From: Candidatus Latescibacterota bacterium
Lineage (GTDB): Bacteria; Latescibacterota; UBA2968; UBA8231
Assembly (NCBI GenBank): GCA_965197905.1
Contig: CBDAOB010000001.1
Location: 32,001-96,000 of the forward strand
Length of the DNA: 64,000 nt
Reading direction: 5' to 3'
Positions 1 through 10,537 of this stretch are shown here, piece by piece; the stretch's first letter is position 1; every line of letters starts with the position of its first letter. The notes beneath the pieces are model-generated. The model was not told the origin of the DNA. It was given only the letters and a program-made list of their open reading frames with translations, and did no database searches. A program made the position numbers and the translations under genes.

Positions 1-211
1 GCTGGTGGGTTATCGCGGTTACACTTCGATGCAGTCGGGCAACCGCGTAGACTCAGCGGCCACTTTTTTCGAACCCACCTTGAATGCATGGCAGGTGCCG
101 TATTCGTTGATGCACGACGATCGGCAGGTGGAGCTGATTTCCGAGGCGTTCCACCATGCGGCAGAGCGCTCGCTTCCCGCCGCCGTAATTCTCGTCGACG
201 GTACCGAATAA
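1..211 (+). CDS. C-terminal part of a sulfopyruvate/phosphonopyruvate decarboxylase alpha-like subunit (truncated by window edge)
   Basis: GYRG...EPTL.AW.VPY...AAVIL resembles the ComD C-terminus; abuts the TPP-binding beta-like gene. Confidence 0.6.
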   Translation, partial: LVGYRGYTSMQSGNRVDSAATFFEPTLNAWQVPYSLMHDDRQVELISEAFHHAAERSLPAAVILVDGTE

Positions 212-212
212 G

Positions 213-782
213 ATGCTGGACAAATACCGGTGCCTGGAGAAGCTGGCCGCACGGCGTGCCGACGAAATCGTCGTGAGCACCATGAGCGTGGCAGAGCCCT
301 GGGCGCGATTGTCAGACGGGCCGTTGGACTTCGCCTCGGTGGAATCGGCTATGGGCCACGCCGCCGATTTCGCCTGCGGGCTGGCGATGGCGCAACCGTC
401 GCGCCGGGTTATCGTGCTCAACGGCGACGGCAGCACGTTGATGTGCCTGGGAACGTTGGTTACGATCGCTCAGGTCGCACCCCCGAACCTCACCATCGTC
501 ATCACCGAGAATGGCACCTACGAAGTCACCGGGAACCAGAGGGTGCCCGGGGCCGAACAGGTTGACTATGAACTGCTGTGCCGCGGCGCAGGTCTCGACC
601 AGGTAGAGACTGTGACCGACGATTTGTCGTTCGACACCGCTCTGGAGGACCATTTCGTCGGCGCCGGTCCCCGGGTGTTCGTGTGGCGGATCGCCCCGTC
701 CGACGAACCCGTACCTCTGCCTTCTCTCCCCATAGGGCAACGAGCCCAACGCCTGAGGCATGCCCTGTTGGGCACCCCCTGA
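213..782 (+). CDS. TPP-binding sulfopyruvate decarboxylase beta-like subunit (ComE family)
   Basis: AMGH...GLA...VIVLNGDGS.LM.LG.L.TI...N..Y..TGNQ TPP-binding motif. Confidence 0.75.
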   Translation: MLDKYRCLEKLAARRADEIVVSTMSVAEPWARLSDGPLDFASVESAMGHAADFACGLAMAQPSRRVIVLNGDGSTLMCLGTLVTIAQVAPPNLTIVITENGTYEVTGNQRVPGAEQVDYELLCRGAGLDQVETVTDDLSFDTALEDHFVGAGPRVFVWRIAPSDEPVPLPSLPIGQRAQRLRHALLGTP

Positions 783-916
783 AAAGCTTCCTCTCGCCTC
801 ATTCACTCACAGAGCACAATACCATGTATTATTAAGTGCTAAAGAATAGTATGATTCTGCCGATCTAACGGATAGCGGGTTACGTGGGGCTTGTTCGCCA
901 TTCGGGAGATTCGGCT

Positions 917-1486
917 ATGAAGACTGATATTACTTTTCGGGCCCTATTGCTGTTCGCGCTTGGGATTATCCCCAACACCGCGGCGCCCAGCAGCCAGGAT
1001 CCTGCCCCCAGCCCCCAATCCTCCAGTGACGGCGCGATTCTGCCTCAGGCGGCGCAGGATATCGAAAACATCTGCGCTCTTCTGGAGATGCCCTCGCTGG
1101 CCATGCAGAAAACCAACACCCCCAGAGTCTCGGTGACCACACAGGGAGGCGCCGTCTTGTACAATCCGTATGTCCTGACCAACGCGGCTTACTGGGGTGG
1201 CCCATGGGCGCACATAGGATTGCTGGCGCGGGAAGTAGGTCGACTCGCGGCCCCACAGACCAGCTGCCTGCAAGGCGATGGCGAGGCACTTACGGAGAAC
1301 CAAAAAGCGGACTTCGTTGCCGGGTTTGTTCTTGGCCGCATGGGGGCCTCGCTGGAGGAGGCTCAGCAAGCCGTGGAAGCCGCCACCCCTCCGGGTGCGA
1401 ATCGGTCCGTTCGTGCCGAGCAACTGCTGGCGGTCGAGCGGGGTTGGCAAAGGGGACAGTCTGAAAGGATGAGAGCGCCGGGTTAA
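917..1486 (+). CDS. hypothetical exported protein
   Basis: Signal-peptide-like N-terminus; LAREVG...ADFVAG recalls a degenerate HExxH/ExxAD metallopeptidase-like fold; start may be 884. Confidence 0.5.
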   Translation: MKTDITFRALLLFALGIIPNTAAPSSQDPAPSPQSSSDGAILPQAAQDIENICALLEMPSLAMQKTNTPRVSVTTQGGAVLYNPYVLTNAAYWGGPWAHIGLLAREVGRLAAPQTSCLQGDGEALTENQKADFVAGFVLGRMGASLEEAQQAVEAATPPGANRSVRAEQLLAVERGWQRGQSERMRAPG

Positions 1487-3358
1487 GACCCGAGCGCGGC
1501 GCGAACCTTGTGCGCCAGATCGTTGTGATCGAACGGCTTTTGCACCACCATCTCCGCCTTCATGAACTCTTCGTCCACCATGGAGTACCCGGTAAGGATA
1601 AGCACGCGGACCTGTGGATCTATGCTACGCAATTCGGCCAAAACTTCCCTGCCCGACATGCCCGGCATTGACAGATCCAACATGATCAGCGAGATCCGTT
1701 CGCGGTGCTCCTTGAAGATGGCCAACCCTTCCATTCCGTCGACCGCTTCCATGACGTTGTAACCGCTGTTCTCCAACATCCTGCCAGTCACTTTTCTAAC
1801 CATCGCCTCATCTTCAACCACCAAGATCGTCTCCGAACCCGTGGGCCCATCCGTGGTCGCGTGCATATCGTCGCCACCAATCGCCTGCGTCGTCGCCGGC
1901 AGGTAGACCGAGAATGTCGTGCCTTCGCCAAGTTTGGTATCGCACGTTACCCACCCACCATGTTGCTGGGTTATTCCATAAACCGTTGAAAGACCCAGGC
2001 CGGTGCCCTCATCCACACTGCAGCATGTTGTTGAAGTTGTGCGCGATGCCCGCGGTGAGCTCGCCTACCGCCTCCATTTTTTGCGCCTGGCGCAGCTGCT
2101 CTTCCAGCCGCTTGTGTTCGGTGACATCCACCGCCATCGACCGGGTAGCGACGAACTCTCCTGCCGAATCCCTGATGGGCCTCACCGTAATACTGACCCA
2201 TCGAGTGGTGGTCCCCTCCGGCCGCAGGATTTCGAGCTCTTCATCGCGGACCTCGTGGCCGGTGAGGATGCTCTGGAAAAGGCGTCTCGCCTTCGTTTTG
2301 CCGGAGGGAGTGTCGGCGTAGAGATCGAGTAGGTGTCGACCGATGAGCTCGGGCGCCGGATAGCCGGTGAGTTCGGTGCAGCTCTTGTTAGCCCTGACTA
2401 GACGGCCGTCCAGGCCGACGGAGTAATAGGCGATCGGTGCGTTCTCGTAGAGATCGTGGTACTCCTCCTCCCGTTGGAGCGAGGTCTCACGCGCATCTTT
2501 TTCGGCGGTGACGTCCCGTCCAATGCCCACCAGCCCAATGGCGTTGCCGTGTTCATCGTGCAACGGCATTTTGGTGGTCGAGAACCAGTGTGTCTCACCG
2601 TCTCGATCGACCACCGGCTCTTCCACGTTTACGAACGCTTTTCTCGAGCGCAGAATCTCTACCTCGGCCAGGCGATAACGCTCGGCCATTTCCAATGGAT
2701 GGAAATCGAAATCGGTTTTTCCGATGAGATCTTCCCGGCGCTGCACCGCCATGTGGGGAACCATCGCGCTATTCGCGACCAGGAAACGGCCTTCGGTGTC
2801 CTTGAAATAGATGACATCCGGCATGGCGTCGATGAGGGTGCGCAGCATGTTGCGTTCCTCTCGCAGCTCCTCCGTGCGCTCGCCGACCGTCTTCTCGAGC
2901 TCCTGCGTCGCTCTTTCGGAGGCAGCTTCCGCTACCCTGAGCTCGGTAACATTTTCGAATACGGCGGCGACGTTGCGCGCGCCCAGCGGCACCAGGCGAA
3001 CGGAGTAGGTGCCTTGGGGAACCACGCTGTCACCGTACTGAAAATCGGGAAGCACCTGGACGCGCCCGGTCCGGATGGCCTCGACATATTTGGAGGGTCC
3101 TTCGGTCTCCATGAAGTCCGGAAACGCCTCGCGGAGGGTCTTGCCTTGCAGAAACTCGAAGGAGAGGTTGGCTAAGCGTTCAGCCGCGGAATTCAGGAAG
3201 AGGAATCGGAACGACCCGGGATCGTCGGGGTTTTCCTGATGCCAGACCGAAACGCCGCTGGGGAGACGATCCACGAGTCGACGATGGAGCTCGAAGGTCC
3301 CGCTCAAATCTCCTGTGCTGTCTGTTTGCGGCTTTTCGGACTTGGGCCGATCCGACAT
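1483..3358 (-). pseudogene. three-PAS hybrid histidine kinase/receiver with an internal deletion of most of the kinase core
   Basis: H-box GELTAGIAHNFNNMLQ runs directly and out of frame into VDEGTGLGL (G2 box) at ~2017; N, G1 and F boxes are absent; receiver domain intact. Confidence 0.8.
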
Positions 3359-3431
3359 CGGCGGGGCCTCCGGAAATAAATCGCACTGCCATTGAGGCAA
3401 CGGCAGTGCGACATTTCTTGGATGGGCTTTT

Positions 3432-4892
3432 TTAAAGTGCTTTGCGGTACCTTTGCGAGTTTATTCCAAGTTGATCTCTGTATTTTGCGACCGTGCGACG
3501 GGCTATCTGCAAGCTCTCTTTGCTGAGGATATCGGCGATCTCTTGATCGCTGAGTGGCTTGGTTTTGTCTTCGTCTTCGATCAGACGGGATATGCGCTCT
3601 TTGACACTGCGGGCGGACACATCTTCACCGCTGTTGGTGCTGACCTTGCTATCGAAGAAGTACTTGAGCTCGAACACCCCGTGTGGGGATTGCATGTATT
3701 TGCCGTTACTGACTCTGCTGATGGTCGAGACGTGCATCTCGACGGCATCTGCTACGTCTTGCAGTACCATCGGTTTCAGATGTGCAGGTCCGTGCTCGAA
3801 GAAAGGCATCTGCATTCTAACGATGTAGTTGGCCACCTTGAGCATGGTTGTTCGCCGTTGATGGATGGCGTTTATCAACCAACGAGCATCGTTCAGCTTC
3901 TTTGTTACATAGGTTTTCACCTCGTCCTTGCCGTTGCGCCGCGAGTCCTTGAGTAACTGAGAATAGGAGCTGTTGATACGCAGGGAAGGCAGGGTTCCAT
4001 CGCTCAGGCTGACCACCCATTCTTCTCCGACCTTCTCGACGATTATGTCCGGCGTTATGTAGCTGACCTCCGTATCCAGTGTAAGCAGACCCGCATAGTC
4101 GCTACTGCTGGGCGAACCGGGGTACGGTTGCAGGTTCTCGATAAGGTCCAGGGCGTCGCGAAGATCATCCTCCGAAATGCCCAGCGCCCGGGTTATGCGC
4201 GTGAAGCGACGCTTTGTCAGATCCTCCATGTGGTCGCGCACGATCTCCAGAGCGAGAACCCGGCGTTCGTCTTCGAGCAAGCGCAACTGCAGCATGAGAC
4301 ATTCACGAAGATCGCGGGCGGCCACGCCCGGCGGATCAAAACCTTGAATGACTCCCAGTACCTCTTCGATCTCCTCAGTTGGCAGATTGAGATTCTCGAT
4401 GAGGTCCTCGACGGAACACCCCAGGTATCCCTTCTCGTCGAGATTTCCGATGATGAACTCGCCGATCTCGACCTGTGGTTCGGTCAGATCGCCAAGCACC
4501 AGCTGTTCGCGCAGCTGATCTACAAGAGGAGGAATAACCGTGATCCGGTTCTCCTGCGGTTCCCGGTCGGTTTCCCAATTCGGATCGTATTCCGTGCGTT
4601 CACTATTGTAGGAGCCCTGATCGAACTGGTCTTCCAGCAGCGCATCCCAGTCGATCTGCTCCATGTCCTCCGGCAGCTCCTCCTCTTCCTTCAAGCCGTC
4701 ATCAGCATCCGCCTCGGCGTCCTGGGAGTTCTCCTCCTGCTCCATCCCCTCCTCGAGCATTGGATTCAACTCCATCTGCTGCTTGATCTCCATCTCCAGC
4801 TCGAGAGTGGACATCTGCAGCAGCTGCAGCGATTGAATCAGCTGCGGCGCCATTTTCTGCTGCAGACTCAGATTTTGTGAGATGCGAAGCAT
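3432..4892 (-). CDS. rpoN: RNA polymerase sigma-54 factor
   Basis: Q/L-rich region I, MHVSTISRV HTH, RpoN box ARRTVAKYR. Confidence 0.97.
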   Translation of the reverse strand: MLRISQNLSLQQKMAPQLIQSLQLLQMSTLELEMEIKQQMELNPMLEEGMEQEENSQDAEADADDGLKEEEELPEDMEQIDWDALLEDQFDQGSYNSERTEYDPNWETDREPQENRITVIPPLVDQLREQLVLGDLTEPQVEIGEFIIGNLDEKGYLGCSVEDLIENLNLPTEEIEEVLGVIQGFDPPGVAARDLRECLMLQLRLLEDERRVLALEIVRDHMEDLTKRRFTRITRALGISEDDLRDALDLIENLQPYPGSPSSSDYAGLLTLDTEVSYITPDIIVEKVGEEWVVSLSDGTLPSLRINSSYSQLLKDSRRNGKDEVKTYVTKKLNDARWLINAIHQRRTTMLKVANYIVRMQMPFFEHGPAHLKPMVLQDVADAVEMHVSTISRVSNGKYMQSPHGVFELKYFFDSKVSTNSGEDVSARSVKERISRLIEDEDKTKPLSDQEIADILSKESLQIARRTVAKYRDQLGINSQRYRKAL

Positions 4893-5081
4893 CGCGATAG
4901 TTTATCGATTCTGTATATCGTTGTTTTTAATTACTTTATATGAAGAGAACCCGAAGTCCGCCATTCAAAGCAATTCGCATACCAGTAATAATAACTCCGT
5001 TTTCGATCGCATGTCAAGCTCCTGTATTGGAGACGAGCGAAGGTGTCGTTCAGCGCTGATTGGATCGGTTGATGAGCGGTT

Positions 5082-5804
5082 TCAACCCATTTGAAAGCGG
5101 TCGCCGAGATAGGCTAGTCGCACCTTGGGGTCATTGATCAGCTCACTTGCCGTCCCCGAGGTCAGTATCTTGCCATCGACGATAATGTAAGCGCGATCGG
5201 TAATCTCCAGGATCTCGCGCACATTGTGGTCGGTGATCAGTACACCCAACCCCTTGCGTTTGAGGTCCGCGACAATATTCTGGAGATCTTCGACGGTCCG
5301 TGGATCGATACCGGCAAACGGCTCATCGAGAAGCATGTACCTAGGCTGTATTGCCAGCGCCCTCGCAATCTCGACCCGGCGGGTCTCGCCGCCCGATAGG
5401 GTATCGGCCGACTGCTGTGACATCGACTCGAGATCCAGCTCAGCCAGGAGTTCGGCAAGCCTCCGCCTCAGCTCCTGCCCACCGAGCTTATTGGATTCGA
5501 GGACCGCCCTAATGTTCTGCTCTACGGTGAGCTTGCGAAAAATGGAGGTCTCCTGAGGCAGGTAGCCGATTCCCCGCAAAGCCCTGCGATACATCGGGAG
5601 ATCGGTTATATCTTCATCGTCGAGAAATATGTGGCCGGAGTCCGCCCTAACGAAACCCACGATGCTATAGAACGTCGTCGTCTTTCCGGCTCCGTTGGGT
5701 CCCAGCAAACCTACGACTTCTCCCGGATCGACGGTCACACTGACCCCATCGACGACCCTTCGATTGCCGTACGACTTACACAGGGTTTCGGTTCCGAGTG
5801 CCAT
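5082..5804 (-). CDS. lptB: LPS export ABC transporter ATPase
   Basis: GPNGAGKTT, YLPQE, LSGGE, LLDEPFAGIDP, ITDHNVRE; precedes rpoN. Confidence 0.95.
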   Translation of the reverse strand: MALGTETLCKSYGNRRVVDGVSVTVDPGEVVGLLGPNGAGKTTTFYSIVGFVRADSGHIFLDDEDITDLPMYRRALRGIGYLPQETSIFRKLTVEQNIRAVLESNKLGGQELRRRLAELLAELDLESMSQQSADTLSGGETRRVEIARALAIQPRYMLLDEPFAGIDPRTVEDLQNIVADLKRKGLGVLITDHNVREILEITDRAYIIVDGKILTSGTASELINDPKVRLAYLGDRFQMG

Positions 5805-5809
5805 TCCTG

Positions 5810-7639
5810 TTACTCTTTGGCTTTTTCCAGAGGATAATATCGCCCCTTGATCGAGTCGAGCAGTCTGACGGCAGCTAGCTCCCCTTGAGAAAACTCGATC
5901 ACCAGCCGTTCTCCTTCTACCCGATTCATGGAGGCGCCGTCATCCGTTTCCTCGTCGGGAATGCGCGACACCACTGCCGCGTTGCCACGCACGTAGACGC
6001 GCTGCATGAGACGATTCTCAAACTCCATCGTCATCTCGGTACCCGAAAACCGGCTGATCTCCTCCGCGCCCAGTTTGCGATGTGTCACCTCGGCTCCGCC
6101 GCGCAGCTCGACGCTCTCCAGCTCATCCTCCCGCAGAAACAAGCTACCGGCCAACGCCTAAATCCAGTTTATTCGGCTCGCCCCGCCACCAATGGAACCC
6201 GCCAGAAAAGTCGGAATCTGGACCTCCACCGGCTTTCCGTTTTCGAGCTCGACCACCATCGAATCCGCCTGGACGAAGCTAACGATCGAATCCGCCATCG
6301 CCCGCATCCGGAAATCAACATCCCCAGCCAGCGTCAGCCGATTCTTCGAGTCTTCGAACAACCCCGACGCCGCGGTTGCCGTGGCCTCCGCCGACACCGA
6401 CCGGAAGGAACCATCGCAATCAAGCACCTCGCCGTTCAGATCTGCCGCGATCGTTTGGGCACTAATCGACATGTGGCTGCCATCCCCCCGCTCCCGCTGA
6501 AAGGAGGGACTCTTTTTCAGCGTGGCCTTCCCGTCGCGGACAGCATAACGCAGATCGCCGCCGCTGGCCACTCCATGCATTTCGGGAAGATTCAATCGAA
6601 ACGATCCCTCGACGGCAACGCTATCGGCTTCCCTGTCATAGATCAGCCGCGCGGACGTAAGGGTCTTAGCCCCGTCTCGAAACGAGACGCTATCGGTTGC
6701 CTGCAGAATGCCGGTTGAACGGTTGTAGGACAACAAGCTGGCGGCCACGAAACGCTCACCGCTTCGAAATTCAGCCGGATCACCTCGAAACGATTCCGCA
6801 TCACCCTCCTTCGAAAATTCAGCCGCGTCAATGGAAATGCTGTCGCTATCAAGCGTCACCGTGCCCGCTGCCTTGAAGCGACGATGGCGCAGATCATAGT
6901 CCAACTGTCCGGCCTCGAAGCGATGGGACGAGTCGGATCCGCTCACGCCTCCCTCCAACCGCAGCGCACCTCGGTTCTCATCGTAGAAAGCGCGCTCGCC
7001 GTTCATATCCAAACCGGCGAACCTTGCGCTCAAGTCCTCGTAGGATACGGCGATCTCTCCGTGGCGACGGCGGCCCAGCTGCCTGGCGGCGGTTACGGAG
7101 AGCGAGTCCTCGTCGATCCGCCACAACTCCCGCGTTCGTTCGAGGGACCAATCCGTGAGCCGCAGATCAGTTTTCATGTTGGCTCCCGCGACCCTGCCAC
7201 GCTGTAAACGCATGTCGACCGATTGCGGAATCCTGAACTCACCTGCCTCGCGATCCCATAGGAGAGAATCGGCTCGTACCTGCAAGCTATCCCCCGCGAC
7301 GAGTTCGACCGTTCCAGCAAGTGAGAGGAACGACGGATCGAATTCCATGCGTGCAGCCCGAACGCGGGAGAGCAGAACGTCATCACTCTGGATGAATGAG
7401 ATAGAAGCTCCACTGTCAGCTACGGTGCGCCGCCCGATTACCTCCAGGAACGGAGTGCTGATCTCGACCCGCAGGTCGGGCTCGGCAATGTTCAACCGCA
7501 GTCCCCAGGCCTGCCGGTCGGCTCGGGGAGGCACTGGCACCTCGATCTGTTTTTCCCGGTCCAACGGGATGCAGCCCGAGTGAAGCCACGCGGATTCAAA
7601 AAGGATTAGGAGGGTAATTTGGAAACAGAAAAGCCGCAT
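5810..7639 (-). pseudogene. LptC/LptA(OstA)-like beta-jellyroll protein interrupted by an in-frame TAG at 6158-6160
   Basis: ORFs 6158..7639 and 5810..6154 share a frame (...NWI*ALAGSLFL...); beta-rich repeats; lies upstream of lptB. Confidence 0.65.
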
Positions 7640-7693
7640 GGTAGCGTCGACAAACCTGTCTGGGCCGCGGCCGAGCCCTGGTGCTCGGCTCGA

Positions 7694-9478
7694 TCAGGAG
7701 GCGTTGACTTGGGCGGCCTCGGCGTTGAGGCGCTCCTCCTGATATGAGAGTGCAGCTTCAACGAAACCCGCAAACAGCGGCGCCGGATTGTCCATGCGGG
7801 ATTTGAACTCGGGATGGGCTTGGGTGGCGACGAAATATCGATGATCGCCGAGCTCTAGAAATTCCATCAGCCGGGTGCCATCGAGTCTCCGGTGGTATCC
7901 CGAAAAGACCAGACCTGCATCCTCGAGCAGCTCGACGAATCTAGCCGAAATCTCGTATCGGTGGCGATGCCGCTCCAGGACAACCTTGTCGTGACCTTCC
8001 ATGATCTGTCCGACGCGAAAGGCCTGGTCCGGGTTATCGAGAAGCTGACGAATGCGCCGTGCATCCTCTTCGAGACGACCGGACTCCTCATACAGACGCA
8101 CGACCTTGCTCTCGCGCTTCAAGACCGCGGCGTAAGCTCCCAGACGCATGCTGCCACCGTACCGGTTCGCCGCCAACGTCTTCTTCTGGTTTTCCTGGAC
8201 GCTGACAACCTGGAATTCGGAACTGGTCTCGAATTCGGCTGAAGTCGCTTGCGGGATGCCGGCAACATTACGCGCATATTCGACAACGGCCAGTTGCAGT
8301 CCGTAACAGAGCCCGAGAAACGGGAGGCCGTTTTCGCGGGCAAACTGAATGGCTGCGATCACACCTTCGGCTCCACCGCCACCGAACGCCCCGGGCACGA
8401 TGATGCCGCTGAAGCGCTCCAGCTCCTCGATTGCCATCTCTCCGTTTTCGAATTTGTTGCCGTCGATCCACGTGATGTCCACCGTGGCATCGCAGCCGAC
8501 GCCGGCATGTACCAGCGATTGATTCACCGAGAGGTAGGAATCGGTAAGCTGAAACTCGCCGGTCTCCACATACTTGCCGACCATGGCGATCTTGACTCTG
8601 CTCGCGGGCTCGCGACTGTTGAGAAGCAGCTTCTCCCAGAAGCTCCATTCTGGGTCCTTGCGCGGTTCGATCCCCAGTTTCGTCATCAACTTGGAGCCGA
8701 AGTTTTCGGCTTCGAGTTCTAGCGGAATGTCGTATATGGTCTCCATATCAGGCGCGGAAATTATGTGCTCCGCCGGAACATTGGCGAAAATCTCGATCTT
8801 CTTTTTGCGCACCTCGTCGATGCGGGTAGCAGCACGGCAGACGATGAAATCGGGAAATATGCCGTGTTCACTCAGCATCCTGATAGCCTGCTGCGTCGGT
8901 TTGGTTTTCATCTCCCCGACGTGCGGGGGAACGGGCAGATAGGTGATCAGTACATAGGCGAAATGTTCTTTACCTATGTCCCGTTCCAGCGCCTTTACAG
9001 CAAACAGAAAAGGTTCGTTTTCGTAGTCACCCACCGTGCCGCCGATTTCCACGAGCACGATATCGTACCCATCGGCGGCATTGCTAATCCGTCGCTTGAT
9101 CTCGTCGGTAATGTGGGGAATCGGCTGGACCGTCTGCCCCAGATACTCGCCGTTTCTCTCTCGCTGAATGACCGCATGATAGACCTGACCGGTGGTGAGG
9201 TTGTTCTCGCGGGGCAGATCGACGCCGAGAAAACGCTCGTAGTTGCCCAGATCCTGGTCGATCTCACCACCGTCATCGGTGACCCAAACTTCCCCGTGTT
9301 CGGTGGGACGCAGCGTGCCCGCGTCGAAGTTGATGTACGGATCGATCTTGACGGCAGTGGTCTGGTAGCCGTACTGCTGCATGATCTTGCCCATAGAAGC
9401 GGTGGTCAGGCCTTTGCCGACTCCGCTCATTACACCGCCTGTCACTACGATATATTTGGGTCCTGCGTAATCTTCCAC
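7694..9478 (-). CDS. pyrG: CTP synthase
   Basis: GGVMSGVGKG, KIDPYIN, KTKPTQ, GLCYG catalytic Cys, RHRHRYE, QAHPEF. Confidence 0.97.
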   Translation of the reverse strand: MEDYAGPKYIVVTGGVMSGVGKGLTTASMGKIMQQYGYQTTAVKIDPYINFDAGTLRPTEHGEVWVTDDGGEIDQDLGNYERFLGVDLPRENNLTTGQVYHAVIQRERNGEYLGQTVQPIPHITDEIKRRISNAADGYDIVLVEIGGTVGDYENEPFLFAVKALERDIGKEHFAYVLITYLPVPPHVGEMKTKPTQQAIRMLSEHGIFPDFIVCRAATRIDEVRKKKIEIFANVPAEHIISAPDMETIYDIPLELEAENFGSKLMTKLGIEPRKDPEWSFWEKLLLNSREPASRVKIAMVGKYVETGEFQLTDSYLSVNQSLVHAGVGCDATVDITWIDGNKFENGEMAIEELERFSGIIVPGAFGGGGAEGVIAAIQFARENGLPFLGLCYGLQLAVVEYARNVAGIPQATSAEFETSSEFQVVSVQENQKKTLAANRYGGSMRLGAYAAVLKRESKVVRLYEESGRLEEDARRIRQLLDNPDQAFRVGQIMEGHDKVVLERHRHRYEISARFVELLEDAGLVFSGYHRRLDGTRLMEFLELGDHRYFVATQAHPEFKSRMDNPAPLFAGFVEAALSYQEERLNAEAAQVNAS

Positions 9479-9526
9479 GAACGCTCCTGATAAAGAAAAA
9501 ACGGCGGCAGTTGCCTGCCGCCGTGG

Positions 9527-9814
9527 TCACTCAATTACCTTGGGCACTCGGTAGTACGACTCCTGCCGCTGTGGCGCCGAAGCAACCATCGCCTCGGGAT
9601 CGGGGAACTCGACCACCTCATCGGTACGAAACGCGTTGGCGATGGGCACCACATGGGAAGTGGGTTCTACCTCATCGGTGTCGAGCTCGTTCAACTTCGC
9701 CATGTAGTCGAGAATGCGATTGAACTCGAGCGTCAACCTCTCTTCTTCCGCGGCATCGAACTCCAACCTGGCAAGAGCCGCAACCACACGCACGTCTTCT
9801 ACTGTAACTGACAT
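9527..9814 (-). CDS. gatC: Asp/Glu-tRNA amidotransferase subunit C
   Basis: VAALARL...L.ELDT..VEPT...R.D....AP....Y.VPKVIE. Confidence 0.92.
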   Translation of the reverse strand: MSVTVEDVRVVAALARLEFDAAEEERLTLEFNRILDYMAKLNELDTDEVEPTSHVVPIANAFRTDEVVEFPDPEAMVASAPQRQESYYRVPKVIE

Positions 9815-9939
9815 AATTTCAATATGTTAGGATAGCCCATGGAGGGGCATTCGGCGCGCTTTGCGGGCCGTTCTAATATGCCGCAATCACCACCCAGGCG
9901 CAAGGTAATTGTAACCTCCTTTTTCAACGAAGAGGATGC

Positions 9940-9968
9940 TTGATGGGGCACAAACCTTAACGTATAAT
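9940..9968 (+). promoter_or_regulatory. sigma70-type promoter
   Basis: TTGATG-N17-TATAAT upstream of ORF 10055. Confidence 0.55.
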
Positions 9969-10054
9969 ACGACCTTCTTCAGCCGCCGACTGCCGTTCGG
10001 AGCGGTCTTTCGTGAGTCATTCTCTGCTACAACTGATCCGATCGGAACCCTGAC

Positions 10055-10537
10055 ATGGCCCGCAAGGCATTTACGGTCGAAGAAGCCAACATCATGCTGC
10101 CCGAGCTCGAAGAGATCCTCCTCTCGATCGATTCGAAGAAGGGAGAAATTGCCGAGAATGTGAAACAGTTGCAGATCCTCGACGCGCTGTGGGGCGAGCT
10201 TGTTGCCGCCGAGAACAATCCTGATCACTCGGAGTTCGTAGGGCACCGACGTACTGTTTCCGCAACCTACGAGGCAATCGAAGAGGTGGTCCACGAGGAG
10301 CTGTTGGGTCGCGGTCTGCGTTTTCCGGCAGGCGGGCTGGAGCACGGGCTCGTGGATTTTCCGAGCACTTTCAACGGTCGGTGGGTCTACCTGTGTTGGC
10401 AACGGGGCGAAGACCGGGTAGGATTCTGGCACGAGATCGACGGCGGTTACGGTGGGCGCCACGAGATCTCGGATTTGGAGTCCGCGGTCATGGGCACCGA
10501 GTATCCGCTACCCGACGACTCGTCACTCGATTTTTGA
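10055..10537 (+). CDS. DUF2203 family protein
   Basis: FTVEEAN..LP, GLVDFP...GR.VYLCW..GE..V.FWH....G..GR. Confidence 0.85.
   Translation: MARKAFTVEEANIMLPELEEILLSIDSKKGEIAENVKQLQILDALWGELVAAENNPDHSEFVGHRRTVSATYEAIEEVVHEELLGRGLRFPAGGLEHGLVDFPSTFNGRWVYLCWQRGEDRVGFWHEIDGGYGGRHEISDLESAVMGTEYPLPDDSSLDF

Noticed and set aside
6158..6160. Genome-wide TAG recoding (pyrrolysine or stop reassignment)
   Set aside because: Many conserved genes end at TAG at their expected C-termini (atpC, atpE, atpB, nuoG, aceF, lpdA) and no pyl genes are in the window.
7670..7690. Hairpin CCGAGC-CCTGGT-GCTCGG after pyrG
   Set aside because: Short and without a U-tract; insufficient to call a terminator.
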